Positions 10,901 through 19,020 of a DNA stretch of 64,000 nucleotides are shown here, one piece after another. The DNA comes from Candidatus Heimdallarchaeota archaeon. GTDB lineage: Archaea; Asgardarchaeota; Heimdallarchaeia; Heimdallarchaeales; Heimdallarchaeaceae. Position 1 is the stretch's first letter. Each line of letters begins with the position of its first letter. The stretch covers positions 2,571-66,570 of the forward strand of contig DAOVET010000002.1 in assembly GCA_030668825.1 (NCBI GenBank), written 5' to 3'. Both the position numbers and the translations under genes were made by a program. The notes under the pieces were generated by a model that was given only the letters and a program-made list of their open reading frames with translations, searched no databases and was not told where the DNA came from.

Positions 10901-11025
10901 CTGATGTATTTACTGGTGGAACACATACTCGAAGAATAGGTTCATACGATATGGTCTTATGGTCAATCAGTGCTATATTTGTTACAGCAGTTGCAACCAG
11001 CATTAGAAAGAAACTTAAAAACTAA
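7927..11025 (+). CDS. large secreted cell-surface glycoprotein (candidate S-layer protein), signal peptide plus C-terminal TM anchor
   Basis: N-terminal signal 'MKNKSIMGSVLLGLTIVLLTLSGSVTQA'. More than 15 N-x-S/T sequons. C-terminus 'MVLWSISAIFVTAVATSIRKKLKN'. Strong RBS, followed by a poly-T terminator. Confidence 0.6.
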   Translation: MKNKSIMGSVLLGLTIVLLTLSGSVTQAQIVSEQSTPHTSAMNLVFVEEMRIIAGIDSAAVIELDLIGGVMPAIDANPLFSAVKNWAFIASNQAGYQDYILRRPFKSPDNATLLLDVDSSLGVDGSLIRAVEIALLFNAAYGTNLMWSRAEALPGSYLYFFTGGMPSTIFSTLIAEYQTDISGGFTSLLDPVEVTASPVKVAFMGRIGLDGLISAARGLYYVDVDAITGASIYTLSTHNIFGVDVAPTHGLLKFSVLKFRFPYTINPLSITPKPGNVAPQITGKMDWDLNAPWFVAKPAMNYEVVYKINHTALTSAPRVSVNMAYDQDMLNNFGRLQMDYVVTNTGTEDAVDIDISYPLGPDFLDFLANKPDLWELRNDVTIDEGYSNTISGNVLITFDGPLFADEVAYPDIVYEQEFLVLEGWYKNNTDGSYVDIDLLNNAQVIKTDSAFYNVPLVGDGTVTTNVTFSSPNGLPNTLVNFATNLLFPIDMPSIMVNIPNVINDYNIKIWEAVQATGDDLFNRLYIRQSIFDPELMDFNFTVREVGRIGSEYAYDEVFLNTTISLLHPGESVNVSWAIDNIPSRDDHYGMMGLAEINVDATYPALQLTTVDKTGYDLMRYLFGVGDAIAPNLGDRFSRPLSYYEPWTKTWLSTGARFAYMDTEGFEYFGFSNGINLQIADDEAVLNVHVSLDNTTYLVGDPVTVYYSIENTGNLPAEKVVLLLFHGRMGADWQIVDSEWFWIDDIGIIAPGTTYYGQADVLANSFLGIHPVYGVAGFKSDVGQTVLSDGVINIAPGLTSIFEGAAETYQLVASNMDWGLVLPKTQNRRPAFPQPVLDIDVNVRFIIPTDAPWELEITITITNIGDERTHITAIQFYNATEMQLLRKITTDGYTANATHLGIGVILFEGITLLPGEDVTFTMRWLFLTSQGCYIPGIIVIYDSRFASDVGNDIVDTAVETDAPLMTALGGSAQDEEDWEDYGESTQTGSSAGADVFTGGTHTRRIGSYDMVLWSISAIFVTAVATSIRKKLKN

Positions 11026-11026
11026 C

Positions 11027-11060
11027 TTTTTCTTTTTTCTTTTTCTTTTATTTTTATTCT
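11027..11060 (+). terminator. poly-T archaeal terminator after the surface-protein gene
   Basis: 'CTTTTTCTTTTTTCTTTTTCTTTTATTTTTATT' immediately after the stop at 11023-11025. Confidence 0.45.
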
Positions 11061-11114
11061 GTAATAGCTTGTTTTAAATAGTGATTTGTCGCTAGATTCC
11101 AAGAGTGGAACTGA

Positions 11115-14105
11115 ATGGCAACTACAGTTGTAACCAATTCAGATTTATATGTTTTTGATAGTCTTATGTTATATAATTTTAAGATGCATAAGTCTACTGA
11201 ATTGTGTCTGTCTGAAGTTCCAATTGTTGTTATTTCAGGTGCCAATGGTAGTGGCAAAACACAGATTTTAGAAGCGCTGATTATGGCTATTGGTCATGTT
11301 CCTACTAGAGTCTCTTTGAGTACGTATAAAGAGATTATAGGCCCCTTTGATAATTACTCTCAAATCCAACTTAAACTGAATAATCCCAAACTTAGTGATA
11401 ACAGAATATTCACAACTTCCGATCCTGATCTCATACCATTTGTCGAGAAAGATTATTTTGTAATCGATGTGAAAATAAATCGTGAAGGTAATATCAGAAG
11501 AAAAGTAATTGATATGAAAGGCAAAGGAATAACCGTTACTAAAAGACAGATTCAGAATTTAATGAAGAACATAGGGATATTCGAGGATACCATGCTTAAT
11601 TTCACTGAAGAAGGATATCTTAGTTCTTTTGCTGATGGTTCTCCTCATAAGAAATTAGATAGTTTATTAGTTGCAACTGGTCTGAAACAAATATTTTCTA
11701 GCTATATTAATTCGAAGAAAAAAGTAGAAGAGAAGGAAAGGGAGCACTCGCCTTTAGTTATGCAATTAGAAAAAGAGGAGAGCAGATTAGAAAGACTTAG
11801 GGAGAACTTTGAAAGGATACAGATGAAAAGAGAACTCATACAACGATATGAGGTTCTTGAAAGAGAACTAGTCTGGTTTAATGCAATTGAAAGTCAAAAT
11901 CAATTTGAGGATGCAAACCAAAACTTAACCAGCAAAAAGAAAGAACTCGAAGAATTGGAAAAGAAACTTAGTATTTCTTCGATTGATCAAGATAATTTAC
12001 GTAAAGAGGTAAGAAAAGCAGAAGAAGAATTAGTAGATAGAAAAACTAGTATGAGGGAATTGTCAGATCAGGAAAATAGGTTGGAAGGTCAGAAGGAAGA
12101 AAAAAATCGAATAGTTCAATCTTCGAAATCTCAGATAGCAAATATCGACTTAAAACTAAGCGAATTTGAGACCATTCAAACAGATGAGGGGTTCTCACAA
12201 AAAAAGCAACTCCAGCAACAACTGGATAAAATTCATACAAGTATTTCACAATTGAACAGTGAGTTGCAATCTAGCCAAATTAATTTAAAAGACAAAGCAA
12301 CTGATGAAGACAAAATAAGACAAAGAATAAATGAAAGATCTCATCTTTATGGAGAACTGTCAGACTATGAGCGGAAATTAATAAAAGATTGTATATTGTA
12401 TAAGGAAAGAATTCAGAATTCAGATTTTAAAGATGAGATAATTGGACCTATATATGAGATCATCTCTATAAAGGAAGGTTTCGAAAATTATACAGATGTT
12501 GTAAAAGCAGCTCTTGGAAGATATCTCTTTGGCTTTGTTGCTACTACTCATGCAGCTTATAAAGAAGCAAAAAGCATTTACGATAAAATTTTCCCAACCT
12601 ATAAACCAAATTTCACAGTAGGGCGAATTTTGGAGGAAGAAAAAGGACCCAAACCTGATTACCTTACCAATCAATCATTGGAGAGTAAACCTGAAGGCAT
12701 AATTGATTTTGCAGTTAATTTAATTGAAGCTCCATTTCAAGTTAAGTTGTATTTGGTTAGGTTTGTAAGAATATTATTAGGCTCTCCATCTTTACCTCCA
12801 AATCTTCTAACAGACTATGCAAAGCAATATAAAACCAACATTTTGACAACAGATTGTAACAGTTTTTATCTTTCTCAAGAAGCATTTTCAAGACCACCAA
12901 GAAGATCCAATGTAAAACTGAGTTTAGATCTCAATAAATACCAGTCAATTGAACGTATAAGAGAACAACTACAATTAGTACAATTTGACATTGAGAAGAT
13001 TACCGAGGATAAGATCAGAATTACTGGAAGTTTAGCTGAATTAGACAACAGAAAGCGAGAGTTAGAGAACCAGTTGAAACCTTGGGAAATGGGAACTGAT
13101 GAAATTGAAAATGAATTTTTCAGGTTACAGCAAATCAAAAGTGCAGCTGAAATCTTAGTTAGAACTGAGACTGAAAACCTTTCTAAACTTGATGTGGAAA
13201 TCAACAAGATCACTCATGATATAGTAGATATTGAAAAGACTGTTACAGTACAACAAAAACAGTATGATGAAATCAGAAAGAAACTTAATCATCTAAATGA
13301 AGAGATTAAAGAACTCTCAGGAAGAAGAGACAAAAATCTAAAATTGATAAGTTTTCTTGAAATAGAAATCTTAGATTTAAAAGAAGCATATGAAAATCTG
13401 AATAAAGAAGCAAAGGAGAAAGGGGAACCTCCTGAAAGTATTCGTTCAGACAAAGAAGAAATAGCCTCCGAATATAATAAAGTTAAAGGACAATTAGAAT
13501 TATTAGAAATTACACCAGAAGTATCACAAGATAGCATCGAAAAACAAGAACAACAAGTAAGCATTTTGCAAGATGAAGTAAAAAATGCTGAAATTCATCT
13601 AAATAATCTTAAAAAAGATTTAGAAAAAAGAATTGATGAATGGGAAGGGGGTCTACATAATATTGTAGACCATCTGAACAAGATGCTGAATTTACTTCTT
13701 CAAGATGTTTTTGTAAATGTATCGATCCAAATTCGAAATTATTATGATGAGAAGTATGCAGGATTACATATTGAAGCTGAAACAAAGGGAGATAATAGAA
13801 AATATAGACAGCTTTCGGGGGGAGAAAAAACACTATTAGCTCAAGCAATCATTTTAGCTCTTCACATGATAAATCACTCACCAATTCATGCAATAGATGA
13901 ATTTACTCAAAAACTTGATAAGCGAAACAAAGCACTTGCTTTTTCCATGGCTTTAGCAACTTATAAAATCTCGAAGGAGAATAGGATAATTACTCCTCAA
14001 TTTATTCTTATAACTCCCTCTCTTGATGATGTAGAACTCTCTGAAGAGTTTACTCACAAAGTATTGATTGAGAGTAAAGTAAAACCTCATGAGGTGAAAA
14101 CATGA
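11115..14105 (+). CDS. smc: SMC (structural maintenance of chromosomes) ATPase, short-armed (996 aa)
   Basis: N-terminal Walker A 'LYNFKMHKST...VISGANGSGKTQILEALIMAIG'. Central hinge 'IIGPIYEIISIKEGFENYTDVVKAALGRYLFGFVATTHAAYKEAKSIY'. C-terminal signature 'RQLSGGEKTLLAQAIILALH...IHAIDEFTQKLD'. Long coiled coils. A canonical-looking start is also possible at 11166. Confidence 0.8.
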   Translation: MATTVVTNSDLYVFDSLMLYNFKMHKSTELCLSEVPIVVISGANGSGKTQILEALIMAIGHVPTRVSLSTYKEIIGPFDNYSQIQLKLNNPKLSDNRIFTTSDPDLIPFVEKDYFVIDVKINREGNIRRKVIDMKGKGITVTKRQIQNLMKNIGIFEDTMLNFTEEGYLSSFADGSPHKKLDSLLVATGLKQIFSSYINSKKKVEEKEREHSPLVMQLEKEESRLERLRENFERIQMKRELIQRYEVLERELVWFNAIESQNQFEDANQNLTSKKKELEELEKKLSISSIDQDNLRKEVRKAEEELVDRKTSMRELSDQENRLEGQKEEKNRIVQSSKSQIANIDLKLSEFETIQTDEGFSQKKQLQQQLDKIHTSISQLNSELQSSQINLKDKATDEDKIRQRINERSHLYGELSDYERKLIKDCILYKERIQNSDFKDEIIGPIYEIISIKEGFENYTDVVKAALGRYLFGFVATTHAAYKEAKSIYDKIFPTYKPNFTVGRILEEEKGPKPDYLTNQSLESKPEGIIDFAVNLIEAPFQVKLYLVRFVRILLGSPSLPPNLLTDYAKQYKTNILTTDCNSFYLSQEAFSRPPRRSNVKLSLDLNKYQSIERIREQLQLVQFDIEKITEDKIRITGSLAELDNRKRELENQLKPWEMGTDEIENEFFRLQQIKSAAEILVRTETENLSKLDVEINKITHDIVDIEKTVTVQQKQYDEIRKKLNHLNEEIKELSGRRDKNLKLISFLEIEILDLKEAYENLNKEAKEKGEPPESIRSDKEEIASEYNKVKGQLELLEITPEVSQDSIEKQEQQVSILQDEVKNAEIHLNNLKKDLEKRIDEWEGGLHNIVDHLNKMLNLLLQDVFVNVSIQIRNYYDEKYAGLHIEAETKGDNRKYRQLSGGEKTLLAQAIILALHMINHSPIHAIDEFTQKLDKRNKALAFSMALATYKISKENRIITPQFILITPSLDDVELSEEFTHKVLIESKVKPHEVKT

Positions 14106-14872
14106 CTGATCAAGATATTCTAGATGAAAGTTCTGATACAATTTCAGTCTACATTGAAGAAAATAGAGAATGGGTTGAGAACATATTTCAACTAGTTTTT
14201 GAGCTCAAGAGGAAATATGGTAGATCGATAAGAAAGAAAGAAATTGTGAGACTTCTAGAATCAGAGGAAGATCGGTCTAAAGTTTCTGATGCTTATCTAT
14301 ATTTACAGAACAAAAAAGAAAGCCTTCTGGATTCTGCTCTTTATGAAGATTTTATCAAAATGAATGATTTGAGAGAAAATGATTTTCTAGAACAGCTGCT
14401 TTATCCTCAAGAAAGGTTGAAAACCTTTGCAGACAAAGTAAGAAGTTTATGTGTTCCAATAACTTATTTCTCAGGAACAACTCAAACATCTTATGAAGAA
14501 CCATTAAATGCTCTAACAGAAGAAATCATTGAATTGGAATCAATTGAAAATATTGAACTTTTTGTGAAAAAATACCAGAACTTCTTTAAGAAATTAACAA
14601 CTAATTTTATAGATAAAGGTGAAATTTTGAATATTGAAAATATAATTAAAGACAAACTGATAGGTAAAAAAATCAAAAAGGTGAAGATTAACGAACTTTT
14701 GACATCTTTAGAAGCAGAGATTTTATCTAAAATGATAAGTGAGAAAAAGATTCATGTCATTTTAGAGAATGATGTACTGATTTTTCAAACTGAAATAAAG
14801 GATGAGGAATCTGATGGTGTCTCAAGTTCAGTTCTCCTCTCACCTAAGAACCCCAAAGTAGAGCGTGACTAA
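14102..14872 (+). CDS. scpA: putative kleisin ScpA (256 aa), called from operon position
   Basis: ATGA overlap with the smc stop. It is followed 2 nt later by a clear ScpB. The size fits ScpA. No strong sequence motif recognised. Confidence 0.45.
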   Translation: MTDQDILDESSDTISVYIEENREWVENIFQLVFELKRKYGRSIRKKEIVRLLESEEDRSKVSDAYLYLQNKKESLLDSALYEDFIKMNDLRENDFLEQLLYPQERLKTFADKVRSLCVPITYFSGTTQTSYEEPLNALTEEIIELESIENIELFVKKYQNFFKKLTTNFIDKGEILNIENIIKDKLIGKKIKKVKINELLTSLEAEILSKMISEKKIHVILENDVLIFQTEIKDEESDGVSSSVLLSPKNPKVERD

Positions 14873-14874
14873 TA

Positions 14875-15480
14875 ATGGAAGAAAACCATCTGGATCAATC
14901 CATTGATTCAAATGAGATTGCTGAAGAAAATAATTTCTTACCTTCTTCTATTTCAGATGAAGAAAAAGGAGAACTATTTAGAGAGTTAACTACAATTTTA
15001 TCTAGAAAATGGATAAAAGATAAAGTGACTGTTTTTGGTTGTTCTGAACTTGATTTATTATTGGCAACACGTTTTGATGTTCAAACCTTACGTGAAACAA
15101 TTGATGAATACAAAGCATTTGTTCAAATTTTAGGACTAAATGTAATTGATTATGACATGGATGGTGAAAAGTGGTACTGCTTAAGATCCTCTCATTACGC
15201 GCCTTCTGATTTACAATCTCCTGAATTAATAGTATTGGGGACTATAATTGCTTATCTTGAAAGTGATAAACAAAAACCAATAACTACAGAGAGGATTAAA
15301 GAAAAATTGGTGGTCACTGGCAGGATGAAGGAATACCTAGTTGATAATAGTTTGAGGAAATTAACAAGACTCGGATATTTCAAGAAGCAACAGAACGAAT
15401 GGGAATATAATTATCGGACCTACATAGAGTTTGGTGATGAGGAGAGAAAAAAAATTGTAGAGGAGTTCAGAAGGATTTGA
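14875..15480 (+). CDS. scpB: ScpB (segregation and condensation protein B)
   Basis: 'SPELIVLGTIIAYLESDKQKPITTERIKEKL...LVDNSLRKLTRLGYFKK...YRTYIEFG' matches the ScpB winged-helix pattern (LETLAIIAY.QPiTr.eIe.iRGV...L...GLi.....Y.TT..FLe.FGL). Confidence 0.7.
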   Translation: MEENHLDQSIDSNEIAEENNFLPSSISDEEKGELFRELTTILSRKWIKDKVTVFGCSELDLLLATRFDVQTLRETIDEYKAFVQILGLNVIDYDMDGEKWYCLRSSHYAPSDLQSPELIVLGTIIAYLESDKQKPITTERIKEKLVVTGRMKEYLVDNSLRKLTRLGYFKKQQNEWEYNYRTYIEFGDEERKKIVEEFRRI

Positions 15481-15929
15481 ATGAACAAGAAGCAATCTAT
15501 TGCTATATTCGTTGTACTTTCTGTAATCAGATGAAAACTCTAAGAGATGCTGCACTAGAAGGGTGGGAAGTTTGTGATAGATGTCAATTAGTATTTTGTA
15601 ATGAATGTAAGAAAAACACTGAAGAAGAATTCTGTCCAGGGTCTGTCTATACTACAAAACATACTGCTAGTTTTGGACTTCTTCCAATAGAACAAATTAT
15701 TGAAACAGCAAACAATATAGAGAAACAACCTAAGGAAAGCAAGTTTATTTCTAAGATATTTTTTGAAAAAGAAAAAAAGAAAATTGAAATACTCAAAAGT
15801 AACAAGAAGAAAAAGGAACCAGCTGATTTTAGTATCGTAAGATTTCGGGAAGAACAGTGGAGAAAATTTGGTACTGTTTTAGTCAAAAGGAAAGATGGTA
15901 AATTTCTAACTTGGGGTCAATTAGAATAA
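15477..15929 (+). CDS. Cys-rich zinc-finger protein (150 aa) with Lys-rich tail, last gene of the smc-scpAB operon
   Basis: TTG start overlapping the scpB stop (TTGA). Eight Cys in 'CYIRCTFC-x16-CDRC-x4-CNEC-x8-C'. Basic 'EKEKKKIEILKSNKKKKE' tail. Confidence 0.5.
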   Translation: MNEQEAIYCYIRCTFCNQMKTLRDAALEGWEVCDRCQLVFCNECKKNTEEEFCPGSVYTTKHTASFGLLPIEQIIETANNIEKQPKESKFISKIFFEKEKKKIEILKSNKKKKEPADFSIVRFREEQWRKFGTVLVKRKDGKFLTWGQLE

Positions 15930-15958
15930 CTAAAAGAAAAAAGAAAAATGGACAGGGA

Positions 15959-18862
15959 TTATATCCCTGTAATTGCTTCTGCTCGAGAGCCTAGTATTAC
16001 ATTTGTTATGAAGAGACTAGTTATTTGCAATAACATTAGAAGTACTCCTATAGCACAGAAAATTTGGAATTTTAAAGGATTCCATGCCATATACCATGTT
16101 ATTGTTCCAGCTTTTGATGAGAATATCAAAAATATCGTCGTAGAGACTTCTGATAGACAATATAAGAAGGAAACCAGCGAACCAGCGAATATATTGAGGG
16201 AAATTAATGGTATAGTAATCCTTGAAAAAGTTCTCATTCTAGAAGCACCTAAATTGATGGAAGCTTCTTCTAAAACTACATCCACTTGTTGTAAACCCGC
16301 ATACGCTGATCGTACCGTAAATGGTATTTTTCTTATTGTATAGCTCATTATTAGCAGCGTTACTGCAACCCCAATGAATGGATCTAACTTCAATCCTGCT
16401 GTGATGTTGGCCATCATTTTGTTGAACCATGAAGGGTTCCTAGATGCTATACCACTCCAATCAAAAGTTCGATAATAACCAATGGCTAAGACAATACCTG
16501 GGATTGCAATAGGTAATGTTACAAGTGCATCTAAAATCTTCTTCCCTCTAAACTCCTTTCTGGCTACAACATACGCGGCAACTGAACCAATTACGATAAT
16601 TAAAAGTGTAGCAAGGACACTATAAACTAGCGTGTTAATTATATACGGTGGTATATCATACGTTGAAGATACAAATATCACTTTATAGTTTTCACCCGTG
16701 AAAGCTAGATCTGAGGGTTTCGTACCTCCAAGCGTTTCCATAAACGACATCAGGATGACTCCTGTATGCACCAATAATGAGAATGCAAATAGTATGATCA
16801 AAAATGGATAGATGTATAATAACTTCCATTTAGCTTTAGACATCCTGTATTGTCCTGCTCTACCTTTACTTACCATTGCATATGTTCGTAAAGATACATA
16901 CTTCCGGATCGCAAAGAACCCAATAAGTGCAATAATAAGGAGTATACCTCCTAATACACAGACCTCCGGCTTAATCTCTGCAGCTCCTGCTTTCTTGTAT
17001 TCTGAAAATACATAGTAAGGTAGAAATTTACTAGCAGCTGTATCTCCCATTGCTGTGAAGATGATTGGGGTTCCTACATCTTCCATAGAAAGAATCAAAA
17101 CTAATATAGCTCCAGCCCCGATTCCTGGCATAGCCAATGGCAAAGTAACAGTGGAGAATAAACGAAATTTTCCTGCTCCAAGATTCTCTGCTGATTCTTC
17201 CATGCTTGGATCTATGTTCAAGAAGGATGAAAAAGCATTGAGATAAACTAAAGCATAGAAATGAGATGTTTGAACAAACACAATAGCAAACAGCCCTGAG
17301 AAGATTAGCTTTGTTTGGAATGCTGGAATTAAGAAGAAGTTATTTAGAAATCCGTTAGGTCCTAGAATTAACCTGAAACCCATTCCTGATATGAACGGTG
17401 GTATAATGAGAGGAGCAAGTGCTAGTAAACTTACAAGTCTTTTTCCAGGAAATTCATACCTTGCTAAAACGAAAGCCAATGCTGTACCAAGTATTACTGA
17501 AAAAATAGTAGTCAAGATTCCAAGAATAATAGTGTTAAGAACCACACCATGATCTTTTCCACTTAAAGTTATAACAGTAATTTCTATAGTATCTTCATAT
17601 TCTGCGATCAGAGGTAATTCAATTAAAACTTGAGACATATCTAGGATTTGAGTACCACCTTTTAGTTGAGAGAGGAAAATGCGGTTTGTTGTAGTATCAA
17701 TGAAAATATCTGCTGTTTTATACACAACTGTATAATAGCTGTTGATGCTTACAAGATTTGATGGATCAGTAATGTCAAAAATTCGAACACCAAGATCATT
17801 CAAAGAGAAATCAAAAGAGACAAAGTAACCATAATTGTTTACAATCTGAACATCGTATAATTTACCAACAACAGTTTCGTCATAATACTCAACAAGTGTC
17901 ATATTTAATGGGTCTGTAATGTTGAAAATACCTAAACCATCATTTCCTAAGGTGATGTAAGCTAAATCTCCAACTATATCTATATCTTGTGCCCCCATAG
18001 TCCCATTTTCTGGATCATGAATAATATGATATAACTGTGCGTCAGTATACTCTGCTAACAGTAAAGGATTTTCTGGATCAGAAATGTCAAAGATTTTAAC
18101 TCCTGTTGTGAAACCTACAACATAGACAAGGTCATTATTAATAACAATATCAAATACATCTGTATCAATGGTTACATTAGATAGAATGGTTGGATTTATT
18201 GGGTTTGAAACATCAATTATTGCGAAACCCTTTCCATTGATATCTAGAATAGCTAAATTGTTTTCAACAGCGATAAAATCAGTAGTATCTGCTATATCAT
18301 ACATATGACACATAGGTGCAAAGCTTTCTCGAACATTAGAAATGTTAAAAATTACCAATCCACCTCTACCTGCAGCAGTGTATAATAGGTCATCTTTTAC
18401 AACTAATTCATTGAAACTACTAATTTCTTCGTAATACTGCCTTATTTCCGTAGTCTCATTATGTTGCGAGACATCTAGAATCTCTATACCTTCGCTTCTT
18501 TCAGCAACAAACGCAATATTATTATCAACAGCAATTGCTTCTGCTGGACCTCCATAATCTTGTTTATCCTTTGAAAAGAAATGGGTTTGATTATCTCCTG
18601 GGAAATTGAAGAATAAAGTTTTAGTAAAGACATTAGCTATAGGGGCACCAGACCACTGACCATTGAAATAAACAGCACCAGATAGAACCGAGAATAGTGG
18701 GATTACCATCCACACAATAAAAACAAAAGACACAAGGACGATGATGAAATTTGTCGAAGGTTCTCGTAATAGTTTAACATAAAGAAAATTAATTAATGAT
18801 CTTCTCTTTTTGCCCTTTCCCTCTTCACTTGTTTTTTTACTAGAGCTAGCCATTTTATTCAA
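15959..18862 (-). CDS. ABC transporter permease (two-domain, Fe3+/thiamine-type) fused to N-terminal extracellular LVIVD-repeat beta-propeller
   Basis: N-terminal basic cytoplasmic stretch plus TM, then repeated 'G(L/F/V)xIF(N/D)ISxPxNP' LVIVD-like units (GLVIFNISNV, GFAIIDVSNPINP, GVKIFDISDPENP, GLGIFNITDPLNM, GVRIFDITDPSNL). The C-terminal approximately 540 aa hold two BPD-type permease domains with about 12 TM helices. Confidence 0.7.
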   Translation of the reverse strand: MNKMASSSKKTSEEGKGKKRRSLINFLYVKLLREPSTNFIIVLVSFVFIVWMVIPLFSVLSGAVYFNGQWSGAPIANVFTKTLFFNFPGDNQTHFFSKDKQDYGGPAEAIAVDNNIAFVAERSEGIEILDVSQHNETTEIRQYYEEISSFNELVVKDDLLYTAAGRGGLVIFNISNVRESFAPMCHMYDIADTTDFIAVENNLAILDINGKGFAIIDVSNPINPTILSNVTIDTDVFDIVINNDLVYVVGFTTGVKIFDISDPENPLLLAEYTDAQLYHIIHDPENGTMGAQDIDIVGDLAYITLGNDGLGIFNITDPLNMTLVEYYDETVVGKLYDVQIVNNYGYFVSFDFSLNDLGVRIFDITDPSNLVSINSYYTVVYKTADIFIDTTTNRIFLSQLKGGTQILDMSQVLIELPLIAEYEDTIEITVITLSGKDHGVVLNTIILGILTTIFSVILGTALAFVLARYEFPGKRLVSLLALAPLIIPPFISGMGFRLILGPNGFLNNFFLIPAFQTKLIFSGLFAIVFVQTSHFYALVYLNAFSSFLNIDPSMEESAENLGAGKFRLFSTVTLPLAMPGIGAGAILVLILSMEDVGTPIIFTAMGDTAASKFLPYYVFSEYKKAGAAEIKPEVCVLGGILLIIALIGFFAIRKYVSLRTYAMVSKGRAGQYRMSKAKWKLLYIYPFLIILFAFSLLVHTGVILMSFMETLGGTKPSDLAFTGENYKVIFVSSTYDIPPYIINTLVYSVLATLLIIVIGSVAAYVVARKEFRGKKILDALVTLPIAIPGIVLAIGYYRTFDWSGIASRNPSWFNKMMANITAGLKLDPFIGVAVTLLIMSYTIRKIPFTVRSAYAGLQQVDVVLEEASINLGASRMRTFSRITIPLISLNIFAGSLVSFLYCLSEVSTTIFLIFSSKAGTITWYMAWNPLKFQIFCAIGVLLMLLQITSLFITNVILGSRAEAITGI

Positions 18863-19020
18863 CCAAATTTGGTTAGATAGAGATGTAATATCTTAATGCT
18901 TTTTGAATTTTATCCCTATTTTTAAAAAATATGAAAGAAATATGAAAACATAAATAAATAATTATCTTCTGAATAAGTAATTGAAACACAAAAAAAAGAA
19001 AAAAAGAAAATTAGCAGTAT

